Assembly: GCF_000008385.1 (NCBI RefSeq)
Contig: NC_006833.1
Location: forward strand, 540,001-572,000
Length of the DNA stretch: 32,000 nt
Direction: 5' to 3'
Source: Wolbachia endosymbiont strain TRS of Brugia malayi
GTDB lineage: Bacteria > Pseudomonadota > Alphaproteobacteria > Rickettsiales > Anaplasmataceae
Below are positions 8,254 to 19,125 of the stretch, piece after piece. Each line of letters begins with the position of its first letter. The first letter of the stretch is position 1. The notes below the pieces were generated by a model that saw nothing but the letters and a program-made list of their open reading frames with translations, was not told where the DNA came from and ran no database searches. A program made the position numbers and the translations under genes.

Positions 8254-9238
8254 GTATAGTTAATTTATAGTCTAGTGTGAGAATTAATATTAGCAGAATA
8301 GCCCAAAAGGAAAACTTATTTTATGGCGAAGAAGTAACTTACTTAGACTTTTTTGCATAGCTTTAGCAACATGCATGGGTATCCAGCCGCCATTTAGGTA
8401 GCTCAAAAACTACTTAATAAGCTTTACCAGTCTCGTTATTACTAACAATAAAGCTGTTTTATAATTCTAAGTCTATTGGAAGCCTGGATCTAGGGGTTCT
8501 ATTCTTTTAGTGTGTTGCATTTAATTTCTATAAGGTTTTTTGCTACATTCTTTTTGAACTTTTTATAGTGTGGTTGTTATACCCAATGTCATAAATTATA
8601 CTTAATTAAGTGTTTAAAAATACTAAAAAAACGCCAATAAATAATATAGGCTATGCAAAACCTAATAATGAACTGCCTCACGCATCTAGCTTAAATTGGC
8701 TTTAACGCTTAGATATTTTGCTGTTTTTATTTAGTATATAATTATAAGTATATATTTTTGTAATTGAGTTATTATTTATTTAACAAAGTATTAGTATAAT
8801 CTATTGACTGGATTAATGGAGAAATTTGAATGAGCAAATTACCGAACAATGCTAAAATAAGTAAGTCTCAGGTTACCCAGTGGGAAGTAATAAAAAGTTG
8901 TGAATATGATGATAACTGCTTGTCAAAAATACTAACTTTATACGTTATCAAAATGGTTCAGCTATCAGACCTATATAAGCGATGAACCTGAAATCAACAC
9001 TATTCTGACAAGAGTAAGTGTGACAAGTGAAAATGTATTTTTAAATAAGGCTGCTACTATTGAAATCATGGAAGACATTTTTCCATGTAAATTTAACAGT
9101 AAGAAGAAAATATAACATATTAAGACTAGAAGACTTGTACAATCATTTATGCTCTATTGTTGGCAATATAGTCTTCTAAAAGAAATGCTTGAAAGTCTAG
9201 TAATGAAATATAAGGACACTGTTAACTTATTTAAGCAA

Positions 9239-9760
9239 TTACCTAATTGAGCACAGTATTTTCAAAACTTCGTTCTCTATTTCAGAAACGCCACTTTCAA
9301 GGCTTTCATCTATCAAACACATGATAGACAGATATATCTGTCGTTTTTTTGCAACATCAATAGTTAAAGTACCAGGGGTAATTGTGACTGAATTGGCAAA
9401 TAATGCAATACTCCCATCGTTATGCCCTTTGCACTTCTTTAGGATAATTATCGGCTCAAGTTTAAGTTTAGCTTGCAGTACCTTTTTTATTACGTAAATA
9501 CTCGATAGAATGACTTGATATATCAACCATGATATATAACTTAACAATTTATAAAACTCCAGTCTATTTGTACCATTTAAGATCTGGCTAAGAGCGTTTT
9601 CAGCATCCATCAACCGCTTAAAGACAAACAGCGTAAACATAGAGGAAAATATTCCACAAGAAACAAAAAATGGTTCAAAATAACCAGACAATATAGTCCA
9701 TAGAGAAAATAAAATTATAAAGGACAGAGAAAAAAACTTGATTTTTTGCCTAAGGTTCAT
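9239..9760 (-). CDS. mnhE: monovalent cation/H+ antiporter (Mrp/Mnh) subunit E
   Basis: Two N-terminal TM segments, then the SVTITPGTLTIDV motif (family signature [IL]T[LI]TPGT) and a YLSIMCLID-type C-terminus. 173 aa. Confidence 0.7.
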   Translation of the reverse strand: MNLRQKIKFFSLSFIILFSLWTILSGYFEPFFVSCGIFSSMFTLFVFKRLMDAENALSQILNGTNRLEFYKLLSYISWLIYQVILSSIYVIKKVLQAKLKLEPIIILKKCKGHNDGSIALFANSVTITPGTLTIDVAKKRQIYLSIMCLIDESLESGVSEIENEVLKILCSIR

Positions 9761-10399
9761 GGTCTACAGTATAACTAGAATGATTTTTTAAGGAAAGATA
9801 ATAATGACTCTACTTCAGAAAAATTGAAGAGAAAGTTGACCACTCTTATGAATTGAAGACAATAAAATACTTAAATATTAACATTAATGGACCATATACA
9901 TATTATTAAAGCATAATAATAATTAGTAAGGTAGGCTATGATAGATATTTCTCAAATACAATTTCCTTCAAGAGAGCTTAGTAAACTAAAATCTGTTAAT
10001 TGCTTTGCAATTTTTATTTCTTTAAGCATTTTAGTTAACCCTGCTACTCTTTATTTTCACCTTGCTACCATATTCTTCAGATCTGAAATTAAAACCTTTT
10101 ACACTTATAAAGAAATCAGAACTGCAAAGCAGCACAAAATAAGCAAAAAAAGAGTATTGGAAAATGTTTTTTAAGAACAATACTATAAAATAGCAGCTTC
10201 TCCCTTGCTTGCTGCTTTTTTGATCTACCTGACTTTCACCCACCACTTTCTTATTGATCCCGTTACTGGAAACAACACCACCTACAATGCCATTAACTTT
10301 ATTGCAGAGTGAACTCAGACAAAAAGATTCTAATTCTATTATGTTATTTAAAATTTCTATGAATTTCTTTTTAGAGAGTATAAAGGAAAATTTACAGGC

Positions 10400-11750
10400 A
10401 TGATCAATAGTTTTGATGCTGATCTCGAACACTTGCTTCCTCATCAGTTAAATGATGGTATTCACTACAATATCAACAAGCTAAGAAGTAAGTACGGTAA
10501 TAAAGTATCAGAAGATGTTATTAATGATGGTGAATTTAAGCAGCTTGTTAAATATATAAATGATTCATATTAACTTAACCTAATAATCGTCAATTTAGTA
10601 ATGGAGACAAAGGAAGGTGATTGGGATTTTTAAATGACTTCTGCGAAAATGATCAAAAACATAGCTCTGGCTTTACAGGTGGGTAAATTTTACTTTTAGT
10701 TTTGAGAGCCTGCAATGATGGAGGCATAGAAGGTGTAAAAAATAAAAAAGACACATTAATTATAAATCTGCTGATAGTCAAACCTTCTCTAGAAAAGAAC
10801 GAATTCCTAACACCTACTTCACCGGTGTTGTCTACAGAATGTTGAGTACACTAGAGGGTATTTATCCAGATCTAGAAACTAGATTTACTGTTCCACATCA
10901 AATATCAACTTTAGAGCAGAAAATGAAGCGCATAAGTTCATGTTAGATATGCTAAAGAACAAGAAAAAAACGACAAAAAAATCTTTAATGCTTGGCATAA
11001 GATTCAGGACAACCCAGATGATAATGAAAGTCAAAAAGTAGTTGATGATTTTACCTCAGAAGTAAGTATTCCTTTAATGAGAAAGTTATTGAGTTTTACT
11101 TCTCAATAGTGAATAAGTTATGCTGATGTTAATGAAAAATATTAACTCTATAAATTTAAATAAATTATGATGTTTTGAGCTAGGTTAGCACATAAAAAAT
11201 GAATCGAATAAGTATAGCTTAGATGACTAAGGAAGTTTACTTGAAAGCATAAAAAAAAAGTATTCTTGGAACTATTAAACCGAGATTTGCTTAAGGCAGA
11301 TTTTTCTCTCAAAGGTTCATCTTTAAATGAAGCTAAGAAAGTAGCTGACACAATAACAGAGAAAGAGGTTAAGGCATTTAAACTGAAAGCTGAAAAAGCC
11401 AGTAAAGTTAACCCCATTGAAGTTCAAGTAGATACTACACTGCAAAATCTTGCAAAAAAATCGCTAAAAGAAAAGTGCTGCCTCGCGTATAAACATCTTA
11501 GCAATAAATATCAAGGTAATAAAAAAAGGAAATGATAGAAATTTTACTTAAAAAACTAGAAATAACAAAGGAACAAATGAAGTCTCTATTAGAAGAGAAT
11601 AATATACGCAAGCTAAAATTAGCACTTGATAATATATGCAGAAGAAGCGGAAAAAATATGGAGGAACGATAAAAGAAGCAGAAGAAATAGTCGCAAAAGT
11701 CGTTTCTCGCATGAAGTATCTGCTAGTAATGCAGCAGAAGGGACTGGGAT
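10400..11750 (+). pseudogene. fragmented reading frames, probably the remnant of one or more unidentified genes
   Basis: Protein-like segments alternate between frames. Examples are MINSFDADLEHLLPHQLNDGIHYNINKLRSKYGNKVSEDVINDGEFKQLVKYINDSY (10400-10573), FTGVVYRMLSTLEGIYPDLETRFTVPHQISTLEQK and KIFNAWHKIQDNPDDNESQKVVDDFTSEVSIPLMRKLLSFTSQ. The frame switches at A7 runs (10964-10970, 10975-10981). No family recognised. Confidence 0.25.
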
Positions 11751-11760
11751 GGGACGTAGC

Positions 11761-12336
11761 TTATGAAAATTTACGTTCCCTACCTTGTAGAAGATTCACT
11801 ATATTTCTATAGTGTTTAAAAAAAATTAATATTGCTACAGTTAATAGCGTAAAAAATAAGTCTCTTTGAAAAAAGAAAGATGATAATACGGCAGCTATAG
11901 TAGAAGTCAAAGAAGCAAGAGAGGAGTATCGAAAAGCAAAAAATACTGCTAACCAAACAAATACAAATGCTAATACTAAAGAGATATTAAGCGCTATCAA
12001 AATTCCTAAAGTTGTTGCAACTCCCTTTCCTCCACTAAACTTCAGCCATACAGGAAACATATGTCCTAAAACTACTAAAATTGCAGATGCATACATGTGA
12101 AAACTACCATCATCGAAAAATTGTTTTGCTATATAAACCGCAATAAACCCTTTTAAAGAATCCAGAAGTAATGCTAAAGCAGCAATACATTTACTTCCTG
12201 TTCTTGCAACATTTGTAGCACCAATGTTCCCTGAACCTACTTCTCTTAAATTTATTCCTTTTATTTTCGTAATAACTAAGCTAAATGGTATTGAACCTAA
12301 TATATAGGATAATACAAAAACTATATATTTCTCCAT
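11761..12336 (-). CDS. plsY: glycerol-3-phosphate acyltransferase (acyl-phosphate dependent)
   Basis: GSGNIGATNVARTG motif in a polytopic protein. The track start at 12345 is GTG. I prefer the ATG at 12336 (MEKYIVF), which has GAGGG 10 nt upstream. Confidence 0.9.
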   Translation of the reverse strand: MEKYIVFVLSYILGSIPFSLVITKIKGINLREVGSGNIGATNVARTGSKCIAALALLLDSLKGFIAVYIAKQFFDDGSFHMYASAILVVLGHMFPVWLKFSGGKGVATTLGILIALNISLVLAFVFVWLAVFFAFRYSSLASLTSTIAAVLSSFFFQRDLFFTLLTVAILIFFKHYRNIVNLLQGRERKFS

Positions 12337-12354
12337 TATATCCACGCCCTCAGT

Positions 12355-12517
12355 GTCATTCTAGCGTGTGACATATAACTGTACAATATTGTGACTTGAG
12401 AATAGTCTTTACCAAGAAAGGTATTACCCCAGTGCTCAGACACTGTAACTTAATTGTAAATAAGTACACCAGAGAGTTATATAAGAGCTGGATTCTAGTG
12501 TCATGCACTGGAACGAC
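12355..12517. repeat. 163-bp composite palindromic element (inverted 30-nt units flanking 103 bp with a central hairpin)
   Basis: Left unit gtcattctagcgtgtgacat... at 12355. The right unit at 12488-12517 is, in reverse complement, gtcgttccagtgcatgacactagaatccag. Central hairpin is cagtgctcagacactg. Length and the agtgct offset (76) are identical to the copy at 25709-25871. Confidence 0.7.
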
Positions 12518-12575
12518 GTCAAAGATTAGTATCCTCATTTATTTTTTTTCGTTTAACTGACATTTGCACTAGAAC

Positions 12576-14042
12576 CTAATTGATTTTATTATTTCTTAGC
12601 CTTTTCGAATAGCACTGAACTTCATCGTTAATTTGACTGCTAAATAGTATAAGCGCTGTCATATTAATAAGGGCCAAACAAGAGAATAAAGTTCCACCAA
12701 TATTAGCAATAGCCATTATATCTTTAGACAAACCTGAGAAAAATGCAACCACTACTACCGCTATGCGATATATTACAATACTTTTTGCACCAAATAAATA
12801 TAGCCATCCCATTTCACAACAATATACAAACGAGATTACCGAAGAAAACGCAAACAAAGGTGCAGCTATAATTAAAAATATAGGAAACCAAGAAGAAACT
12901 GTCTCAAAAGCTTTTTGGGTAACCAATATTCCTTCGCCAATGCCAGTCTGGTACGCACCTGTTATCACTATTGTTATTCCTGTTAAACAACAAATTAACA
13001 TTGTATCAAAGCATGGCTCTATCATCGCAACTAGTCCAGTTCTAACTGGTTCCTCATCTTTAGCTACTGCGTGAGTAATTGAAGCAGAGCCAACACCTGC
13101 TTCACTGGCAAAAATAGCCCTTTGAATTCCAGCAACAAATGCCCCTACTACTCCTCCACCAACAGCATTGAAGTCTATCATATTAGAAAATAATATTTTA
13201 AATACATTACTAAAATTGTGAATATTAAACGTAATTATTGTAATACAACTAAAAATATATATGAGTGACATAACAGGTACTAGCGCGGAAGATACTCTCG
13301 CTATCCTTCTAATTCCCCCGATAATCACTAGAGCAAGCAATGCAGAGATTATAGAAGACAGAAACCAAGGATGACTATCCACCCAATTTGAATAGCCAGA
13401 TAATATTGAAACCATTTGATTAGTTTGAAATGCTACACTTCCCCCCAAACCTGATAATACAAAAAATACCGCATATACTGCAGCTAAGATAATACCAAGT
13501 TTCTTAAACCCAAATTCCTCCAGCCCATTTCTTATGTATTGAAATGGACCACTAAACAATTGTTCCTGACCTTCTGTTCTGTGCCTGAATGCTAAAGTCA
13601 CTTCAGCGAATTTTGCTGACATACCAAAAAAGCCTGTAATCATCATCCAAGGTATTGCTCCTGGCCCTCCCATTGAAACTGCAATTGCAACACCAGCAAC
13701 AGTTCCAAGGCCTACTGTGCTTGAAAGTGCAATTACAAATGCCTGAAAATGCGTAATGTGGCCATCGTGATGATCCGTATCATATTTTCCACACAAAATA
13801 GTAAACGCATGTTTAAACATCCTTATGTTGAGAAATTTAAAACGTAATGTTAGAAAGATATAACCAAAAGCCACTAAAAGAATTATAAATGGCACGTAGA
13901 AAATCTTGAAAAACAACACTTCATTCATGAAGTTATTTATTCCACTTAACATAGCGTCATAGCTCTCATAAAAATCTGAAGCAGCGTACACATTATTAAA
14001 CAATAGGCAAAATAATACTATATAAAGCAACCTATAAATCAT
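12576..14042 (-). CDS. sodium:alanine (amino acid:cation) symporter family transporter
   Basis: 488-aa polytopic protein. GGPGAIPWMMITGFFGMSAKFAEVTLA matches the AGCS family signature region. Confidence 0.9.
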   Translation of the reverse strand: MIYRLLYIVLFCLLFNNVYAASDFYESYDAMLSGINNFMNEVLFFKIFYVPFIILLVAFGYIFLTLRFKFLNIRMFKHAFTILCGKYDTDHHDGHITHFQAFVIALSSTVGLGTVAGVAIAVSMGGPGAIPWMMITGFFGMSAKFAEVTLAFRHRTEGQEQLFSGPFQYIRNGLEEFGFKKLGIILAAVYAVFFVLSGLGGSVAFQTNQMVSILSGYSNWVDSHPWFLSSIISALLALVIIGGIRRIARVSSALVPVMSLIYIFSCITIITFNIHNFSNVFKILFSNMIDFNAVGGGVVGAFVAGIQRAIFASEAGVGSASITHAVAKDEEPVRTGLVAMIEPCFDTMLICCLTGITIVITGAYQTGIGEGILVTQKAFETVSSWFPIFLIIAAPLFAFSSVISFVYCCEMGWLYLFGAKSIVIYRIAVVVVAFFSGLSKDIMAIANIGGTLFSCLALINMTALILFSSQINDEVQCYSKRLRNNKIN

Positions 14043-14044
14043 CT

Positions 14045-15340
14045 CTAATACCCTCTAGAATTGTAATAAGAATCTATTGTATTTAAGACTTCCCTTCTCA
14101 GTAGATATATCGTAACAGCGCTTGGAACCATAAGGCACATAAACAAACCGTCGCCTAGATAAGATATAAATTCTATATTTTTTGACATACAACCAATATA
14201 CACCGAAACCGCTATAAGAACTTGGAACAATATCAGTACTTTTTTGTTACCAAATAAGTACAACAAGAGCAACTTCTCAGTAGTAATAATAAGTTATTAT
14301 TGTATAAAGTGCAAAGGAAAACATTATTAGCGGAAAAACTAGCTTGCTGAATAAAGGCAAGGCTGTTGAAAATGCTGAGCTAACTAATGTAATACATCTA
14401 TGTTGTTAGTACTATGTATACCAGCGATAACTATATAATATCAGTCAAAAATGAGATTAATATTATGCCTACAAGTGGTGCAATATTGCAACACTCCCAA
14501 CTTTAATTGGATCTTCTTCTTTTACAGCTGAATACACTATAGCTGCTGTTCCTGTACTGCCTCGTTAGCAAAAAACGATCTTCTCACTTTTCAGCTATTA
14601 ACCTACTCAGTACCCCACCTCCTGTAGCTGATTTACAGCAGATTATTTCCATCTACACAGATTGATATACATATATGCTTACATATAACACTATCAAAAT
14701 CGGCGCTAAACCTGTCGCAACGAAAGCAATGCATTTTATTCTTCTCTTAGTATTACAATTAAAATAAGCAGTGATATAATGATAGATGCGTTGTATTTGA
14801 AGAGGTTACTTGATAAACGCTGCAATTTAATTCGCCTGAGTGATATGTCACCAAAAATCATTGCAACAAGCGACATAATTGCATAAGCTCATACAAGAAA
14901 TCTACCAGTCTTATAAATCTAATCTTTGCAAGCCCGTACTTCATATAATAAAAAACTCCACCAGTTGGGTTTCAGAGCAATAAGTAAACGCAAGCACTAC
15001 TTCAACAAACTTTATCGACATGTCAAGTATTTTGGTAATTACCATCCAAAAAATTGCACTTGGACCCCACATTGTAGTAGCTATTGCAACCCTGGATACT
15101 GCTCAAAGGCTAACCGTTCCTGAAATTACCGTTGCAAACGCTTGGATATGAGTGATTATGCCGTCGCTATGATTACATTCTAGGTTGAATAGCATTTGTA
15201 TTCCACGCTTGAATAAGTTAAAGTTAGTAAACCTGAACTGAACTGTGCAAAAAAATTCCAGTTGCAATTACCCAAATGATTACAAATGGAACGTAAAATA
15301 TCTTTACATACAGAAATGAATTTAATAATTCACTTATTTT
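14045..15340 (-). pseudogene. decayed tandem paralogue of the sodium:alanine symporter
   Basis: Minus-strand fragments align by eye to the intact neighbour. ELLNSFLYVKIFYVPFVIIWVIATGIFL matches FMNEVLFFKIFYVPFIILLVAFGYIFL. TVQFRFTNFNLFKRGIQMLFNLECNHSDGIITHIQAFATVIS matches TLRFKFLNIRMFKHAFTILCGKYDTDHHDGHITHFQAF. WGPSAIFWMVITKILDMSIKFVEVVLAF matches the signature region. The C-terminal 75-aa ORF LLYLFGNKKVLI... matches WLYLFGAKSIVI. There are multiple frameshifts (for example at the A7 run 15250-15256) and stops, and the 5' end is missing. Confidence 0.8.
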
Positions 15341-15378
15341 CCAGTTATATTGCCACTAATTTTTATTACGATCTATAG

Positions 15379-16149
15379 CTAACAAGTTTTATATGTGTAA
15401 TATATATAAAGCCCGACGCTTATTGGAATAGTAATAGTATACACTACACCCAAAATTGGTAGAGTGATCCATGGCTTACTGACGAAGAATACGATAAATA
15501 CTCCGAAAAGCGATACAAATATATAAGACAGGCTCCTGGGAATATAAATGTACTTTGCAGAGAAAGTTGGAATATGACTGACTGAAAAAAATGAAATAGT
15601 TAAAAAGTAACAAGCCGTATTTCTTACGTTAAAAAATCGTTCTATAAGAAGTAAATATTCACTTTCCTGAGAATGAAAGGTAACAATTATTGGCAACAAA
15701 GAAAGCAGAGCACATATTGGTGCTGGAACTCCAGAAAAGAAAAATTTTTCCCAGTCAAGTTGTTCTACGTTTAACGACACATTAAACCTAGCAAGCCTTA
15801 TTGAGATGCAAATTACGTATATCATTACTAATATCCACCCTACAACTTTAATTTCTTTTAACTTCCAAAAATATAAAAGAAATGCAGGTGCTGCACCAAA
15901 ATTTAGAAAATCCGCAAAAGAATCAAGCTGCGCTCCAAAATCACTAGTTGATCTTAGAATTCTGGCTATTCTGCCATCCATCCCATCTATAATTGCTGCA
16001 ATGATAATGAAAATCACTGCAAATTCCCACTGTTCATTAAATGTAAACTTAAGTGAAGTAAGACCAGAGCACAAACCCAATAAAGTTATAAAATTTGGGA
16101 ACAACTTAGCAATAGGTAGAGATCTACTGTTACTGCTATTGTTATTCAT
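15379..16149 (-). CDS. pssA: CDP-diacylglycerol--serine O-phosphatidyltransferase
   Basis: CDP-alcohol phosphatidyltransferase motif [26 protein letters not shown]. Polytopic. The start overlaps the psd stop (ATGA). Confidence 0.85.
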   Translation of the reverse strand: MNNNSSNSRSLPIAKLFPNFITLLGLCSGLTSLKFTFNEQWEFAVIFIIIAAIIDGMDGRIARILRSTSDFGAQLDSFADFLNFGAAPAFLLYFWKLKEIKVVGWILVMIYVICISIRLARFNVSLNVEQLDWEKFFFSGVPAPICALLSLLPIIVTFHSQESEYLLLIERFFNVRNTACYFLTISFFSVSHIPTFSAKYIYIPRSLSYIFVSLFGVFIVFFVSKPWITLPILGVVYTITIPISVGLYIYYTYKTC

Positions 16150-16838
16150 ACAAGGTCAAAAGTAAGCTTTTCTTGAGTATTTTCCTTATTCAAGTTTGCT
16201 ATAATTGTTTCACCACCAACAACAGTTTGCCCTTCTGAAACCCTTATTTCTACATCAGTAGGAACATAAATGTTCACTCTACTGCCAAATCTTATAATTC
16301 CAAATCTCTCACCTGCTTTGACGCTCTGAGATACTCTTAAATTACAAACGATACGACGTGCAATTAATCCAGCTATTTGTTCTACAATAATCTCTTTTCC
16401 CTTTGTGTATTCAATCACAATAACCTGCTTTTCATTTTCATTGCTAGATCTATCGCTCATTGCAGATACAAACTTACCTTTTTTATAGTGCATTTCTTTC
16501 ACTGTACCGGATATTGGTATACGATTCACATGCACGTTCAAAACACTCAAGAATATGCTAACAAGTGTAAATTTCTTCTCCTCTCCATTGTTTGTTGATA
16601 AAGGGTAACTAACTTCTTCAATTTTTGAAATTACACCATCGGCAGGACTTAGTACAAGATCCTTATTGCCTGGTATAATTCTTGCTGGGTCACGAAAGAA
16701 ATAAGTGCACAATAATGTTGGAAACAAACATGTAACACCAAATCCCCAAGATATAGAGAATGCTATGCACGTCACTATAAAAGAAACTACTATAAACAAA
16801 TAACCCTCCTTGTTTATACTAGGTAAACTAAAACACAT
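16146..16838 (-). CDS. psd: phosphatidylserine decarboxylase proenzyme (short type)
   Basis: 230 aa. N-terminal TM segments, FFRDP, and a C-terminal [13 protein letters not shown] cleavage-site region. Operon partner of pssA. Confidence 0.9.
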   Translation of the reverse strand: MCFSLPSINKEGYLFIVVSFIVTCIAFSISWGFGVTCLFPTLLCTYFFRDPARIIPGNKDLVLSPADGVISKIEEVSYPLSTNNGEEKKFTLVSIFLSVLNVHVNRIPISGTVKEMHYKKGKFVSAMSDRSSNENEKQVIVIEYTKGKEIIVEQIAGLIARRIVCNLRVSQSVKAGERFGIIRFGSRVNIYVPTDVEIRVSEGQTVVGGETIIANLNKENTQEKLTFDLV

Positions 16839-17079
16839 AACCTTATTGACAATAATCTGTTATTAACAACTTATCATCTATCACTCTTCATGAAAAGCTT
16901 TTTTTTAAGTACGTGCTGCTTCAACAAAATCCTTCTGATAAAAGGTAACATCACAAATTACCATAATTATAGCTAAAAGATTTAATAAATTATTATTCCA
17001 TAATGGAATTATACTGAAACCGCAGTAGTACGACAAATGTACAATACAACAACCCACCCAACACAAATTTTAGTTAAAG

Positions 17080-18147
17080 TTAGAAAACTGCTTCTTCTAA
17101 AAGCTGCCTGCTTTCCTCTTCCATTGTAATAGAATTATCACTATTTCCAAGTAAATCTCTGATTTTTGCTTCTACTTCATTCGCAACTTCCTTGTTTGCT
17201 TTGAAATAGTTTTTCACATTCTCTCTTCCTTGTCCAAGGCGTGTATTGTTATACGAATAATAAGCACCCGCTTTTTCAAGGACACCAAGTTTTGCTCCTA
17301 TATCTATTATTTCTCCAAGCTTCGATACACCCTCATTGTACATTATATCAAATTTTGCTTCTCTAAACGGAGGAGCAACTTTATTTTTTACAACTTTAAC
17401 TCTTGTTTCATTGCCTTTAATACTCTCTTTATCTTTTATTGCACCAACTTTTCTTATATCAAGTCTTACAGAAGTATAGAATTTTAATGCATTTCCACCC
17501 GTAGTAGTTTCAGGGTTTCCATATACTACCCCTATTTTCATACGAATTTGATTGATAAATATCAATATACAGTTCGCTTTTGAAACCGCGGAGGTAAGTT
17601 TTCGCAGTCCATGACTTAAAAGCCTTGCTTGTAATCCCACGTGCTGATCACCCATATCTCCTTCAATTTCAGCTCTTGGAGTTAATGCTGCAACAGAGTC
17701 AACGACTATCACATCAACTGCACTAGAACATACTAAATACTCAACGATATGCAAAGCCTGCTCTCCAGTATCCGGTTGTGAGATCACTAAGTTATCGGTG
17801 TTTACTCCAAGTTTACGAGCATACATGACATCCAATGCATGTTCTGCATCGATAAATGCACACAGTCCTCCTTTTTTCTGTGCTTCAGCAATTACATGCA
17901 AAGCAAGAGTAGTCTTACCAGAGCTTTCTGGACCAAATATTTCAACTATACGTCCTTTGGGCAATCCCCCAACACCTAGGGCTGAATCAAGTGCAATTGA
18001 TCCTGTAGATATTGTATCTATTTTCTCTACAGGGTTTTGCTTTAGCTTCATTATTGCACCTTTACCGAATGCTTTTTCAATCTGGCTTATTGCATTATCT
18101 AGCGCTTTTTGTCTATCATTACTTTTTTCTTCTGGGTTGCTTGCCAT
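17080..18147 (-). CDS. recA: recombinase A
   Basis: Walker [19 protein letters not shown] and [12 protein letters not shown]. Full length, 355 aa. Confidence 0.97.
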   Translation of the reverse strand: MASNPEEKSNDRQKALDNAISQIEKAFGKGAIMKLKQNPVEKIDTISTGSIALDSALGVGGLPKGRIVEIFGPESSGKTTLALHVIAEAQKKGGLCAFIDAEHALDVMYARKLGVNTDNLVISQPDTGEQALHIVEYLVCSSAVDVIVVDSVAALTPRAEIEGDMGDQHVGLQARLLSHGLRKLTSAVSKANCILIFINQIRMKIGVVYGNPETTTGGNALKFYTSVRLDIRKVGAIKDKESIKGNETRVKVVKNKVAPPFREAKFDIMYNEGVSKLGEIIDIGAKLGVLEKAGAYYSYNNTRLGQGRENVKNYFKANKEVANEVEAKIRDLLGNSDNSITMEEESRQLLEEAVF

Positions 18148-18366
18148 AGATTACTTATGAATTTGTATAATTTCTATGATAATCAAACGTGAACAACCTG
18201 CCAAGGCTTTTTTAGGCTCATATATTATTTAGCGAAAAAATTAATATTTTGAGGAGATAAGCCATATGATTTAAAAGATATGGTACATACTGTTTCAAAT
18301 GCAGAACCTTGTAGTCCAATTGACTTTATTAATTATACACCAAATTATGTTAAGATAGAAAATTAG

Positions 18367-19116
18367 ATGGACTTTGCAGTGCGATACAAAATAACGATAG
18401 AATACAACGGCAGTAGTTTTTCTGGTTGGCAGAAGCAGCAACATTCTGCTAACTCAATTCAAGAGACCATAGAAAATGCCATATTTAATTTCAGCGGTGA
18501 GAAAGTTACTCTCCACTGTGGCGGCAGAACCGACGCAGGGGTTCATGCTTTAGGACAAGTTGCTCATTTCGATATGGAAAGAAAATTTGAGCTTTATAAA
18601 ATAAGAAACGCCATAAATTATCACTTAAAATCAATTCCTATAGTTGTACTGAATGCAGAAACTGTAGATAATACATTTCACTCACGATTTTCAGCAAAAA
18701 AAAGATACTACGAATATAGAATAATTAATCGCTACGCTCCTGCAGCTTTGGAAGCTGGTTACGCGTGGCAAGTGTTTAATCCACTTGATGTAAACATTAT
18801 GCGTGAAGCTGCTAAATATCTGCTTGGAAAGCATAATCTTTTAAGTTTCCGCTCAAAAGATTGCCAAGCTACAAATCCGATAAGAACAATTGATGATATC
18901 GATATAGTACAAAACGGGAGTCACATATACATTAAAATATCTGCTATTTCTTTTTTACATAACCAAGTGAGGATCATTGTAGGTACTTTAGTTGAATTTG
19001 GAAAAAGTAGAACTAATCCACAAAAAATGCTGAATATATTAAACCAATGCAAAAGAAACGCTGCTGGAGTTACTGCACCGCCTTTTGGTTTATATTTGGC
19101 AAAGATAGATTACTAA
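18367..19116 (+). CDS. truA: tRNA pseudouridine(38-40) synthase
   Basis: GGRTDAGVHALGQVAHF catalytic Asp motif. 249 aa. Confidence 0.9.
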   Translation: MDFAVRYKITIEYNGSSFSGWQKQQHSANSIQETIENAIFNFSGEKVTLHCGGRTDAGVHALGQVAHFDMERKFELYKIRNAINYHLKSIPIVVLNAETVDNTFHSRFSAKKRYYEYRIINRYAPAALEAGYAWQVFNPLDVNIMREAAKYLLGKHNLLSFRSKDCQATNPIRTIDDIDIVQNGSHIYIKISAISFLHNQVRIIVGTLVEFGKSRTNPQKMLNILNQCKRNAAGVTAPPFGLYLAKIDY

Positions 19117-19125
19117 TTAATAGCC

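Noticed and set aside
10031-10444. 137-aa ORF, and the overlapping pair 11148-11417(-) / 11266-11535(+), as real genes
   Set aside because: They have no start context, odd composition and mutual overlap, and they sit in a tract whose plus strand shows frameshifted protein-like fragments. I treat them as chance ORFs in decayed sequence, described under the 9761-11760 finding.
12356-12538. 60-aa ORF between the symporter and plsY
   Set aside because: It lies within the palindromic element plus about 20 nt of flanking spacer (VVPVHDTRIQ is the unit translated). No independent coding evidence.
17016-17029. 14-nt match gaaaccgcagtagt, inverted relative to 23527-23540 (actactgcggtttc)
   Set aside because: The flanks do not align. 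A few 14-mer matches are expected by chance in 32 kb searched on both strands (rough estimate). Not enough to call a repeat.
17798-18160. 120-aa ORF antisense to recA
   Set aside because: It is a shadow ORF on the opposite strand of an unambiguous conserved gene. The same applies to 220-405, 464-676, 12763-13074, 15806-16165, 16377-16598, 17230-17487, 19961-20311, 26794-26994, 27725-28042 and 28542-28796.
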